DNA of 45,550 nt. Source: Planctomycetota bacterium (GTDB lineage Bacteria > Planctomycetota > GCA-002687715 > DRQF01). The notes below the pieces were generated by a model. That model saw only the letters and a program-made list of their open reading frames with translations. It searched no databases and was not told the DNA's origin. The first letter of the stretch is position 1; each line of letters starts with the position of its first letter. The stretch covers positions 21,056 through 66,605 of the forward strand of contig JALTLO010000054.1 of NCBI GenBank assembly GCA_027001995.1, in the 5' to 3' direction. Of this stretch, positions 1-9,098 are shown in pieces. The translations under genes were made by a program, and so were the position numbers.

Positions 1-1
1 C

Positions 2-484
2 GAGAATTTGGCCGAGATGGACATCAAAGCTTGGCGCAGCATGATCGGCTATGTGCCCCAAGAAACATTCTTGCTGCATGACTCGATCTTGTTGAATGTC
101 ACTCTGGGCGATCCGAAGCTTACAGAAGAAGCAGCGATTCAGGCTTTGAAAGCCTCCGGGGCTTGGGATTTCATGAGGGAGTTGCCGAAAGGCATTCAGC
201 ATGTGGTGGGGGAACGAGGGGGCAAGCTCTCGGGTGGGCAACGTCAGCGCATCATGATCGCTCGGGCATTGGTGCATCAACCGAAACTGCTTATTCTGGA
301 TGAAGCCACCAGTGCTCTTGATCCTGAGACTGAAGCTTCGATTTGCCAAACCATGCAGGGGCTCAAGGGGCAACTGACGATCTTAGCGATCTCTCATCAG
401 GAGGCTCTTATGGAAGCCGCCGATCGAGTTTACCGTATCGAACATGGTGTTGCTACTTTGCAGGGTGGAGCCGAGAGTATCTAA
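2..484 (+). CDS. ABC exporter ATP-binding domain (MsbA/ABCB-type), 5'-partial
   Basis: GYVPQE Q-loop, LSGGQRQRI signature, LLILDEATSALD Walker B/D-loop, ISH switch; Walker A lies upstream of the window. Confidence 0.95.
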   Translation, partial: ENLAEMDIKAWRSMIGYVPQETFLLHDSILLNVTLGDPKLTEEAAIQALKASGAWDFMRELPKGIQHVVGERGGKLSGGQRQRIMIARALVHQPKLLILDEATSALDPETEASICQTMQGLKGQLTILAISHQEALMEAADRVYRIEHGVATLQGGAESI

Positions 485-1467
485 CTCTCTTCCAATTTGA
501 GCAGCGGTTTCCCGCGCTTGAATCGTAGATGGGAGCGCAGGTTTAATTCTTGAGCCAAAGTCTCAGCAGTCTCGGCCAAGAGTGCCCAGGGGTTAATCGG
601 TAGCGGTTCGTACTTCAAATGGCCGTCGAATGTAGAGATGGGTTGGTGAACCAAGTCGATGTCGGTCGCCAATTGACCGGGGGTAACGTAGGTCGTTGCC
701 AACTCTTGGAGTTGTTGGGGTGTGATCTCCTGATTCTTGGATAGATGGTCGTAGAACTTCTTCCAATGTACGGTCGGCCCGTCTTTCTTGTTCTGGATCG
801 CCAAATAACTCAACCATGCGCCGAAGACCTTGGCGCGAAGTTGCCCTCCTGAACGAATGGGGAAGTGGGCTAAGGTGATGCTTTGAAGATCGCGCATGAG
901 CGCATCTCCGCCGATCTTAAATCGGTGGGAACCTCCGGATATAGAGCTTTTACGGTGTGCTGCCAAGCGGGCGGGGACGATGACTTTTTGTATGACCTGG
1001 GGTTCTTCGAGGCAGTGATGTTGAATACGTTTGCTGGGGTTGAGCTCGTTTTCTTCATCCTTGGGGGAGGGGACGTAAGTGCGCCATGAAACTGCGAAGG
1101 CCGTCTCGTCACTTAGGCCTTGAAGCGTGTTGCGCAAATCGTGGCCAGCTTCATCGACCATAAATTCGTCGGCATCCAAGGGCAGAATCCAGCCAGTCTT
1201 TTGCCGTCTGCCGAGCTCTCTCGCGAGGGCCGTGACGATGTCTCGTTGGCGATATTCTTTTTCTGCAAGAACGCGAATGTCGAGGGGGAGTCCTTCTTCT
1301 TTTAGCGCCGTGAGAATAGCTTCGGTGTTGTCGCAGGATGCTGATGAGCTCGTAGGGCGGTGAATGACAATGGTCATGCTGTCGACCCATTGAAGGTGAT
1401 GCCGAACGAAGGATTCGATGATATCGGATTCGTTACGTACGGCACTTACGGTGGTGATTTTTGTCAT
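481..1467 (-). CDS. Glycosyltransferase family 2 protein (Glyco_tranf_2_4-like)
   Basis: N-terminal VRNESDIIESFVRHH, DNT, WILPLDADEF DxD motif, GGSH and LAHFPIRS motifs. Confidence 0.85.
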   Translation of the reverse strand: MTKITTVSAVRNESDIIESFVRHHLQWVDSMTIVIHRPTSSSASCDNTEAILTALKEEGLPLDIRVLAEKEYRQRDIVTALARELGRRQKTGWILPLDADEFMVDEAGHDLRNTLQGLSDETAFAVSWRTYVPSPKDEENELNPSKRIQHHCLEEPQVIQKVIVPARLAAHRKSSISGGSHRFKIGGDALMRDLQSITLAHFPIRSGGQLRAKVFGAWLSYLAIQNKKDGPTVHWKKFYDHLSKNQEITPQQLQELATTYVTPGQLATDIDLVHQPISTFDGHLKYEPLPINPWALLAETAETLAQELNLRSHLRFKRGKPLLKLEES

Positions 1468-1517
1468 GGCATACTGACTAAGAGATTCTGGAGGCGTCTT
1501 TGTGCAATAGGGTAGGT

Positions 1518-2384
1518 CTATGATTCTGTTTCGTCAAACACCTTCTCTAGAGGAATGGGCGCATCTTTGCGCGAACCTTTGGCGTGCCAAACATAGCTGT
1601 CGTCAACGTAAGTCCAGTCGGAATAGGGAAGATCGAGATTGGCCCAGCGGAATCCTGAGACATGTTTGGCGTGGTAGCGCCAAACCAAATGCAGCAGCAT
1701 TTGGTCGATGGGCTCTGTTGCTCCCTTGAGGATATAGGGCACAAAAACAGCGGCACAGTCGCGGGCATAGTTGAGACCTAAATCGCTGGGATTGATAATG
1801 ACTGCGGAAGCCAAGAGCCGTCGTAAGGGGTTTCGCCGTTTCACACGGAGGAAGAGAGCGACATCCTGATCCTTCTGTTTGGCAATAGCTTCTGTGGTGT
1901 CATTGCGGACCACAGCGTCGCCATCAACCAAGAAAATAGGTGACTGACAGGCCTTGGCAATCTGCCACATGCGAACAAAACGAAGGTTCTGGAAGTAGAA
2001 GGTTCCTTCTAAGGCCATGGACACTTTTGATTTTTCTCGATGATCCCATGACACGGTTAGCTTGCCGCCGGAGATTTGTTCTTCCAATGACTTGAGGGCT
2101 TCTGCTGAGGGATCATAGAGGTGCAAATGAAAATGCTGTTTGGGTGACCGATGGGCGGCAGAGCGAATGAGGTCCCGGACATAGAGATCCAAGTAGGGGT
2201 CGTTGCAACTGGTGTAGATGACGCCTTGAGGGGAGACGGGTGGCATAGTGCCTTCGAGGGGAGGAAGCTGATCAATCAAGGACTCAGTTTGGGCGTCGGT
2301 GTTGTTCTTGCAGGTTCGCCAAGCATCAAAGCGGGGGCGAAAGTAGCGTGGATACCGTTTGCGAAATAGTCCCAATTTGGTCAC
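1518..2384 (-). CDS. Putative GT-A nucleotide-diphospho-sugar transferase, paralog A
   Basis: RFVRMWQ...IFLVDGDAVVRN DxD motif, IDQMLL, WHAKG; GTG start overlaps the stop of paralog B (GTGA). Confidence 0.7.
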   Translation of the reverse strand: MTKLGLFRKRYPRYFRPRFDAWRTCKNNTDAQTESLIDQLPPLEGTMPPVSPQGVIYTSCNDPYLDLYVRDLIRSAAHRSPKQHFHLHLYDPSAEALKSLEEQISGGKLTVSWDHREKSKVSMALEGTFYFQNLRFVRMWQIAKACQSPIFLVDGDAVVRNDTTEAIAKQKDQDVALFLRVKRRNPLRRLLASAVIINPSDLGLNYARDCAAVFVPYILKGATEPIDQMLLHLVWRYHAKHVSGFRWANLDLPYSDWTYVDDSYVWHAKGSRKDAPIPLEKVFDETES

Positions 2385-3226
2385 CGTTCTTGGCTAAAGA
2401 TCTGTTCTAAGGGCATAGGATCCTTCTTGCGTGATCCCTTGGCGTGCCAGACATAACTTTCACTGTCATAGTCCCAGTCTGAATATGTCTTGGCAAGGGC
2501 CCCGCAGTTGAAATCATCAACATGTTTCTTGAACCAGCGCCAGACGAAGTAGAGCAGCATCTGGTCGATGGGCTCATGGCTTGGTTTTTGCACATGAGGG
2601 ACCATGCAAGCGCTGCAATCCCGCAAGAATCGAAGCCCTATCTTTGTGGGCATAGCCATGAATGCTGCTGCTAAGACCCTTCTTCGAATGTTCTTGTGTT
2701 TCACTCTCAAAAACATGGCCACATCCTTCGAACGCTGAGCTTCGAACCCTTTGCTGACGTCGTTTCGTATCAGGGCATCGGCATCGACCAAGAACATGGG
2801 CGACCGACAAGATTCCACAAATTGCCACATGCGAATGAAGCGACAAACCTGGTAATAGATTGGGGCGGATACAAGAATGGGGGTCGCCGCTTTGTGGGTG
2901 TGTTCCCAAGAAACCGTCAAATGGCCAGAGTCGATCTGCTCTTGCAAGGACGCCATGGCCGCGTCAGTGGGGTCAAATAGGTGAAAATGAAAATGGTGGT
3001 CGGGAGAATGCAAGGAGGCTGAGCGAATGAGGTCGCGGACGTATAGATCTAAGTAGGGGGCATTGCAAGCCGTGTAGAGAATTCCCTTGGGGGAAGGGGG
3101 GGGCATAGTGCCTTCTAAGGGAGCCAATTGGGACAGACGCCTACGGGCTTCGTCTTCGTCATTGGCCCCGCACGTTTTTCGAATCACCAAACGAGGTGAG
3201 AAATAGAAGGATCGTCGGTTGCGCAT
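2381..3226 (-). CDS. Putative GT-A nucleotide-diphospho-sugar transferase, paralog B
   Basis: RFIRMWQ...MFLVDADALIRN, IDQMLL, WHAKGSRK; colinear with 1518-2384. Confidence 0.7.
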   Translation of the reverse strand: MRNRRSFYFSPRLVIRKTCGANDEDEARRRLSQLAPLEGTMPPPSPKGILYTACNAPYLDLYVRDLIRSASLHSPDHHFHFHLFDPTDAAMASLQEQIDSGHLTVSWEHTHKAATPILVSAPIYYQVCRFIRMWQFVESCRSPMFLVDADALIRNDVSKGFEAQRSKDVAMFLRVKHKNIRRRVLAAAFMAMPTKIGLRFLRDCSACMVPHVQKPSHEPIDQMLLYFVWRWFKKHVDDFNCGALAKTYSDWDYDSESYVWHAKGSRKKDPMPLEQIFSQER

Positions 3227-3370
3227 GGTTTCTTTCGCTTAAGACCGCAAGGCAGACCAACTCGGGACCCCCTGTCATGGATTCATTGAAACATGGACCG
3301 CAGGAGGATTCAATAGGACCCCTTAGGGAGCCTGGCCGCGAAATTGATGGTTTTTGGTTATGATTCATTC

Positions 3371-3979
3371 ATGCTCAATGGCGCCACCGAAAGATCGTCC
3401 GAAAATCAGGGACAGCGGCCCACTTGGCACCAGGTTTGTACGGCCGCTGACGGGAGTCATGGAGCTCACGTACGTTTTCACTATCGACCTCTGCCACCCA
3501 GCTTCATCACGAAACTGGCTTGGCGATATGGCTATCACACTTGGATGGAGCTTCTCGATTCTGAAGGAAGCTCATTTCGACATGAATCGAAACTTGTTTG
3601 GGGTGTTTACGAGGGGCGCTATCCAAGCGGTCCGAAACAAGGTGAGCACAATGGTGTTGCGGAGGCCAAGTGGATGATATGGGAGTACGAGGAAGACGGC
3701 GGCCTCGAACGCTGGGGGCGCGTTGGCAGTCGTGGCCACGGATTTATCGATATCGAACTCCCAGATTTCACCGAAGAAGACTTTGATCAGGTCACCGCGA
3801 TGGTCTTTGACGACTTCAAGATCACTCTTGGGCCTTATGGTTATCTCTTACCGTGGCTTGGACCGATCTTGGGAGTTTGGAATTGTCAACGGTATGTCCG
3901 CGTTTTCTGTCGCGAGCACGGTGGCCCTAAGGGTATTTTTCATGAGCTCGCTCGGCGGTATTGGCGTGGGGTGGATTAG
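3371..3979 (+). CDS. Hypothetical protein, possible permuted papain-like (His-before-Cys) enzyme
   Basis: About 200-aa ORF filling the gap; HTW motif upstream of YGYLLPW...WNCQRYV; start uncertain (3344 or 3371). Confidence 0.5.
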   Translation: MLNGATERSSENQGQRPTWHQVCTAADGSHGAHVRFHYRPLPPSFITKLAWRYGYHTWMELLDSEGSSFRHESKLVWGVYEGRYPSGPKQGEHNGVAEAKWMIWEYEEDGGLERWGRVGSRGHGFIDIELPDFTEEDFDQVTAMVFDDFKITLGPYGYLLPWLGPILGVWNCQRYVRVFCREHGGPKGIFHELARRYWRGVD

Positions 3980-4008
3980 GCATCCTTCGAAAATCGGAAC
4001 GCCATTCT

Positions 4009-5229
4009 TCAAGGGCGCCCCAAAATGTCGCCAAAGACAGCATTCCCTCCGTCTTTGGCAGGGTTGCGGTAGGAAAATACGGCGATACCGGCGGTGTTTA
4101 CTGCCAAAGCATGTTTCATCTGTCGCCGAGAATCGGTGACATGATTGAGATAACTCCCCAAGCCTAAGACAAGCTTGTCAGCAGATCCGCAAGCGCGTTT
4201 GAGAATGGGAATCCAAGTGCGAAAATTCTTGGCTTGCTTGGGGTTGGCTTCGTGGCGGTAGTGCATGACATAGTTGAGATCAATGAGACCTTCTTGGCAC
4301 CAACGGGGCCAATCTTGGCAAGCGCTGCGGTAGCTGGCACTTTGATTGAATTCGGATGCGGGTGGATCTCCCCAGGCTACAGTAGCCACGGTGAGTTCGA
4401 CCTTGGGTGCTACTCGCCTGAGAGCTAAGCGGACTTCGCGAACTTGCTTGGTGACCTGATCAGCCCGCCACGCAGTGAAGGAAGCGTCTTTTGGGGCAGG
4501 GAATTGGGCCGTGCTTTCGTCGCGCCGAAAACTGGCGATGCTCTCTTTTCCGTAACCCCAGGTGTGGTCTGGATAACGGATGTAGTCTAAGTGAATGGCG
4601 TCCACGCGATAGCGACTGGCCACGTCCCCGCAGATGCGCGCCAAGTGACGACGAACAGCCGGATTCGAAGGGTCCAAGTACCAAGAGGGTTTCTTGCCTT
4701 TGTGGGTTGTGCCTTCCCGATTAACCAGCAGCCAAGTGGGATGGGCGTTGGCCACATGGGCTGGCGTGCTTGATGGCGGGGGTGTGCTTCCCACCCAAAT
4801 GCGATTGGCCACAATCCAAGCTTCGACTCGCAAACCGTGGGCATCATGAGCTTGCTCAACAAGATACTGGAGGGGGTCAAAATCGTCGGCAATTGGAGGG
4901 CCTTTCTCTCCTACTTTGCCTCGCGGTTCTAAGTCACTGTCATAGTAGGCATCACCTGTCCGGCGGACTTCCACCAAGAGGGTGTTGAAGCCCTGTTGCA
5001 AGCACCAAGCAATGAGTTGGTCGCATTCTCGTTTGCTGTAGAAACTCCGGCCCCAAGAATCGACCCAAACTGCTTTGATGGTGGCGGGACGAATGCCACT
5101 TGGCCGTGGAGCCGGCTTAGTTGCCGCTGGGGGAGCTTGATCGTGGGGCTTGGTGTCAGACTGAGAGTCGCTGACACATCCGTTTAAGGCGAAGAGCAAA
5201 ATAGTGGTGAAAGCGACGAGCCGGTACAT
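4009..5229 (-). CDS. Glycosyl hydrolase-like 10 (DUF187/YddW-type) lipoprotein
   Basis: Lipobox LNGC; AVWVD, GFNTLLVEVR..GDAYYDS, DFDPL, YLDPSNP, DAIHLDYIRYP, QDWPRW motifs. Confidence 0.85.
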   Translation of the reverse strand: MYRLVAFTTILLFALNGCVSDSQSDTKPHDQAPPAATKPAPRPSGIRPATIKAVWVDSWGRSFYSKRECDQLIAWCLQQGFNTLLVEVRRTGDAYYDSDLEPRGKVGEKGPPIADDFDPLQYLVEQAHDAHGLRVEAWIVANRIWVGSTPPPSSTPAHVANAHPTWLLVNREGTTHKGKKPSWYLDPSNPAVRRHLARICGDVASRYRVDAIHLDYIRYPDHTWGYGKESIASFRRDESTAQFPAPKDASFTAWRADQVTKQVREVRLALRRVAPKVELTVATVAWGDPPASEFNQSASYRSACQDWPRWCQEGLIDLNYVMHYRHEANPKQAKNFRTWIPILKRACGSADKLVLGLGSYLNHVTDSRRQMKHALAVNTAGIAVFSYRNPAKDGGNAVFGDILGRP

Positions 5230-5392
5230 AAAGAATCCCCTAGCGTGTTCTCCTGCCATAGTGCCCTAATTCTACCTGGGGTCAATGCTTAGACTTCCTG
5301 CCTGGAGTTTCGAGTGGGATAAGAACCATGTTTGGGCCGAAAGGCTCTTTGGGTCGATATGAACGAGGGCCCATAATCTTGGAGTAAGGTCG

Positions 5393-5854
5393 TTGAGATT
5401 CGGTGAGTTCTTAATTGCAAGGGAGGTGGTGGACTTCTCCGATGTCTTGAGCGCTTTGTTGCTTCAGCATGAGCGCCAGGCATCCATTGCTCACGTGGCC
5501 CTCAAGCACGACTTCATGACGGTGAATCAAGTGGCCCGTGTGCTGGGCATCGAAGCAGACTTCTGGGCGACAAAGACAGAAACAGGTCTGAGTCGATTGT
5601 TTGTGGAATACGCCGTAGAGCTGGGTTTTCTCAATCCAGAGCAAGCAGAACGTTTGCTCATTCTTCAAATTAGTAGCCGACCGCCCATTGGTTCGCTGCT
5701 GGTGGAGCTGGGCGCCATCCCTGCTGACGACCTTTTGCCACTCTTGGACGACTTTTATCAAGCACGGGTTGAACCCATTCAGGATTTTCCCGATCCAGAA
5801 CAGAGCTCTCCTCTGGCTCTTTCGGATGAATCCCCTAATATCGTGCCATCGTGA
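5393..5854 (+). CDS. Stand-alone protein with four MshEN/GspE N-terminal-like repeats
   Basis: RFGEFLIAREVV..VL..LL.Q, SIAHVALKHDFM, LFVEYAVELGFL..EQ..RLL.LQ, PIGSLLVELGAI repeats. Confidence 0.6.
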   Translation: MRFGEFLIAREVVDFSDVLSALLLQHERQASIAHVALKHDFMTVNQVARVLGIEADFWATKTETGLSRLFVEYAVELGFLNPEQAERLLILQISSRPPIGSLLVELGAIPADDLLPLLDDFYQARVEPIQDFPDPEQSSPLALSDESPNIVPS

Positions 5855-5882
5855 AGTCGTTCAATTCCACTGAAAGACCCTT

Positions 5883-7460
5883 GTGAGCACCAGCAAGAGA
5901 TATATGGCGGCGGTTTTCTTGCTCTGCTTGGTGGGGCTTGGTTTTTGGTCTTGCGGCCTGGTGTGGCGCCATGAGATCGCTCCTCGCCTAACCTATTCTC
6001 AACAACTTGATCATGGCGAAGGCCTCATGCTGGCTCTCTGGCGTGCCCAGGATCAAGGTCATGGTTTCTATGAACCAGTCCGAGAGATTCCTTGGGTGGT
6101 CAACAACTATCCACCTTTGTTCACAGTTCTCATTCACTGGTGGGCCGATACGCCTCATGCTGCCCTTACTTTTGGGAGAACACTGAGCTTTCTGTCTCTC
6201 ATTTGGGCTTCGATCATGATTGCTTTCATTGTGATTGGTGCCAGAAGAGGGGGGGAAGGACGACCTCATTTCCTGGACGTCTTGGCTGGACTCATGGGTG
6301 GATGTTTGTTCTTCTTGGCCCCGGATGTGGCTCACTGGGGCAGTCTCATGCGGGTGGACATGCTGGGAGTTTCCTTGGCTTTGACAGGGCTGGCTTTCGT
6401 GGCTATGGCTGGGTGCCGAAAGACTTGGCCTATCGTGGTGGCAGCCTTATTTTTCCTCGGGGCCATAGGGACCAAACACACTCTGATCGGCGCTCCCGGG
6501 GCGTTTTTTCTCGGTTGTTGGCCCCATCGCCGCAGACGGTCTTGGCGTTTCGCCTTGTGGATGACAATGGCTTTGGCCACCTTCTTGGCTTGGGGGTGGT
6601 GGCGGACTCATGGTGAGATGGCCTTTCATCTCATTCGTGCCAATCGCACTGCCTGGTCTATTGAGTTGGCGACTTATCACTTGCAACGTGTTTGGCAGCA
6701 AATGGGTTGGGCCATTGTTCTGTCTGTGGCTGCCCTCAGTTTGTCCCTATTCGTTTTCTTGGGGGAGTATCGTCAGAAGGGCCGAACCCCTCGCTTTGTC
6801 CTAGGTCACTACCTTTGGTTGACAGCCTTGGCTCTGATATTGACTGGAAAGTCCGGCTCAAGCAGCAACTATGATTTGGAGTTCTTGGCGGCGATTTCGG
6901 CAACTCTTGGTCTGCTTTTGGGTGATTTGGCTGGGATTCCTCGGCTCAGTGGAGCTAAGGGTTTGGCCAGGCGCAGACCTGCACTACTTTGTCTCATGTT
7001 CTTAGCCGTGGGTATGACCATGGGATGGCCTTCTTTCCCTTTTCGGGCGATGAATCGCAGCTACAAAGTTGCGCCTCAGGAAGAAACAGCAGGGGGCTTA
7101 GGGGTCATCGTAGAGGAATTGGCCAAGCTCGATGGTCCCTTGTTGTCCCAGGATATGTCCCTCGTGGTGATGGCAGGAAAAGACGTCGTTTATCACCCCT
7201 TCATGATGCCGGACTTGGCCCGTCGCGGGCTTTGGCAAGACACGCTCCTGATCAAGATGATTGATACTCATCAATTCCCGGCGATCATCTTGTCCTTCGA
7301 TTTGAACGACCAAGAACGTTTTGCCCAAGAGACCCGGCAATTTGGAGCCATGTTCACACCGGGGACGTTGAGAGCGATCCATCGTAATTACGTCCTGAAA
7401 GGGGCTTGGGATTTGCCTCCGACGAAAGAGCAAGTCGTCATCTATGTGCCAAGAACGTAG
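5883..7460 (+). CDS. GT-C fold (ArnT/PMT-like) integral membrane glycosyltransferase
   Basis: Multiple hydrophobic segments; DHGEG, NNYPPLF, RVDMLG, TKHT motifs; soluble C-terminal domain. Confidence 0.7.
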   Translation: MSTSKRYMAAVFLLCLVGLGFWSCGLVWRHEIAPRLTYSQQLDHGEGLMLALWRAQDQGHGFYEPVREIPWVVNNYPPLFTVLIHWWADTPHAALTFGRTLSFLSLIWASIMIAFIVIGARRGGEGRPHFLDVLAGLMGGCLFFLAPDVAHWGSLMRVDMLGVSLALTGLAFVAMAGCRKTWPIVVAALFFLGAIGTKHTLIGAPGAFFLGCWPHRRRRSWRFALWMTMALATFLAWGWWRTHGEMAFHLIRANRTAWSIELATYHLQRVWQQMGWAIVLSVAALSLSLFVFLGEYRQKGRTPRFVLGHYLWLTALALILTGKSGSSSNYDLEFLAAISATLGLLLGDLAGIPRLSGAKGLARRRPALLCLMFLAVGMTMGWPSFPFRAMNRSYKVAPQEETAGGLGVIVEELAKLDGPLLSQDMSLVVMAGKDVVYHPFMMPDLARRGLWQDTLLIKMIDTHQFPAIILSFDLNDQERFAQETRQFGAMFTPGTLRAIHRNYVLKGAWDLPPTKEQVVIYVPRT

Positions 7461-9028
7461 TCCCAGGCTGGTCCATGGGGCTGGACACGCTTTTCTCCGA
7501 GGTCCATGGCTGGGGATTTGACCCAGCGCGTGGTCTTATTCTTGCAATCAAAGTAGACGACGCTGTGGAACGCTGGGTTTTCTTGGGCGATAGCATGGGC
7601 CGTGCTGGTTTTTCCGCGTTGCAGATCGTTGGCGTCCTCTAAGCAGAATCCAACGACGCTTTTGTCGTAAATGAGTTGGCAGATGGCCTCAATCTCATAA
7701 GCGTGGCCCGTGACAAATGGGTCCATGGGATATTCTTGTTGGGGCCATGATGCGAGGGGGTTCCCCAAGACTATGAGGGTGTGAGGTGGAACAGGACCAA
7801 TGGCTGAAATCGCTTCCTGAAGAACACGGCGCTGAAACGAGCCTGCTTGTTGATAGGATCGTTGAATTGTTTGGCGCTCAAAAGCGAAAATGAGCACGAT
7901 GAAAATTCCAAGGCTGAAGGCAAGTGCTTGTCCCCATTTCTTGGGCAAGAGATTCCTGACGACTTCTAAAAGGGAAACAAAAACGAGGGCTGCACCAACG
8001 ATGGCGGCGATGTTGTGGCGGGATGCCATGCCTAAGGTGGCATTGGGGGCCGCACGAAAACTCAAGCAAGCACCGGCAAGGAGAGTGAGGATGCCCCAGA
8101 GTAATCCTTTCAATACCCAAGGGCAGGGTGTTGCCTTTGTTTTTGCAAACTTGGCAAAGAGGTAGCCTGTGACTGTGGCCACTGCGACAATTCCTGTAAG
8201 GACCCGCCATCCAGGAAACAGCGAAGTAGCGAAAGTGCTGCGCCACAACATGTCGCGGATCGAGGTGAGGTAGGTCAGGGCGTAGAGGGACCAATCGAGC
8301 TCCGCCTTTCCTCCTTTGATGAGGCGCACATCTGGCACCGCTTCGACAAAAATGAAAAACCGCCAAACCAAATAGATGGCCAAAGCGCCTAGGAATAGGA
8401 ACAGTGCTTGTCGGATGCGCTTGCCCTGATTGCCATCAGCAAAAAAAGGGGCCATGACGAAAATAAATGGTGCGAGTTCATAACTCAAGAATGAAGATAA
8501 AAGTAAGAAACCGGCACATTTGAATTTTCCTCTGAGGTAAAACCATATAGCCAAGAGGGTGTAGAGGATGCCCAATTTAGCCATCATGGTGGCCAACCAA
8601 ATGTGGGTGGTATCTGCGGGATGCAAAACCAGAATGAGCCCGCCGATGAGGGCAGATGGCCAAGAGAAGCGCCGTCGCAGAATCATGGCGAAGAGGACAC
8701 CGCTCAAGGTCAAGATAAGCCACTGCAAGTAGAATCCACCGTGAAAGCCAAATAGGTCATAGGCGCTTCGTTGCAGAGCGTATTCGATCGCCCTGAAGGG
8801 GCGCGCTTCCCAGCTTTCCCTGAAGATCTCGAAGATCTTGGTGCTTGCAGCCCGGGACTCACCCCAAATGAGATCACCATAAATGGCCCAGTCATCCGCC
8901 AAGATGACCATGGATGTGTTATTGTCGTTGTCTAAGCCCAACCGGAAGTCTGCTATCCATGTGGCCAAGCCGATGACAAGGAATGCTTGGCAGCAAGTAA
9001 GTCCTATTTTTCCGAGGGGCTTTTTCAT
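7442..9028 (-). CDS. Polytopic membrane protein, probable GT-C glycosyltransferase
   Basis: ADDW after first TM, RPF motif, LSYE motif, many TM segments; start set at MKKPLG. Confidence 0.6.
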   Translation of the reverse strand: MKKPLGKIGLTCCQAFLVIGLATWIADFRLGLDNDNNTSMVILADDWAIYGDLIWGESRAASTKIFEIFRESWEARPFRAIEYALQRSAYDLFGFHGGFYLQWLILTLSGVLFAMILRRRFSWPSALIGGLILVLHPADTTHIWLATMMAKLGILYTLLAIWFYLRGKFKCAGFLLLSSFLSYELAPFIFVMAPFFADGNQGKRIRQALFLFLGALAIYLVWRFFIFVEAVPDVRLIKGGKAELDWSLYALTYLTSIRDMLWRSTFATSLFPGWRVLTGIVAVATVTGYLFAKFAKTKATPCPWVLKGLLWGILTLLAGACLSFRAAPNATLGMASRHNIAAIVGAALVFVSLLEVVRNLLPKKWGQALAFSLGIFIVLIFAFERQTIQRSYQQAGSFQRRVLQEAISAIGPVPPHTLIVLGNPLASWPQQEYPMDPFVTGHAYEIEAICQLIYDKSVVGFCLEDANDLQRGKTSTAHAIAQENPAFHSVVYFDCKNKTTRWVKSPAMDLGEKRVQPHGPAWDYVLGT

Positions 9029-9098
9029 TGCTCCCAGTGTACGCAAAAAAACTGGAGCGTGCTGAGAGTCAACGACCGACTTGGAAGAGGAGGGCCCC

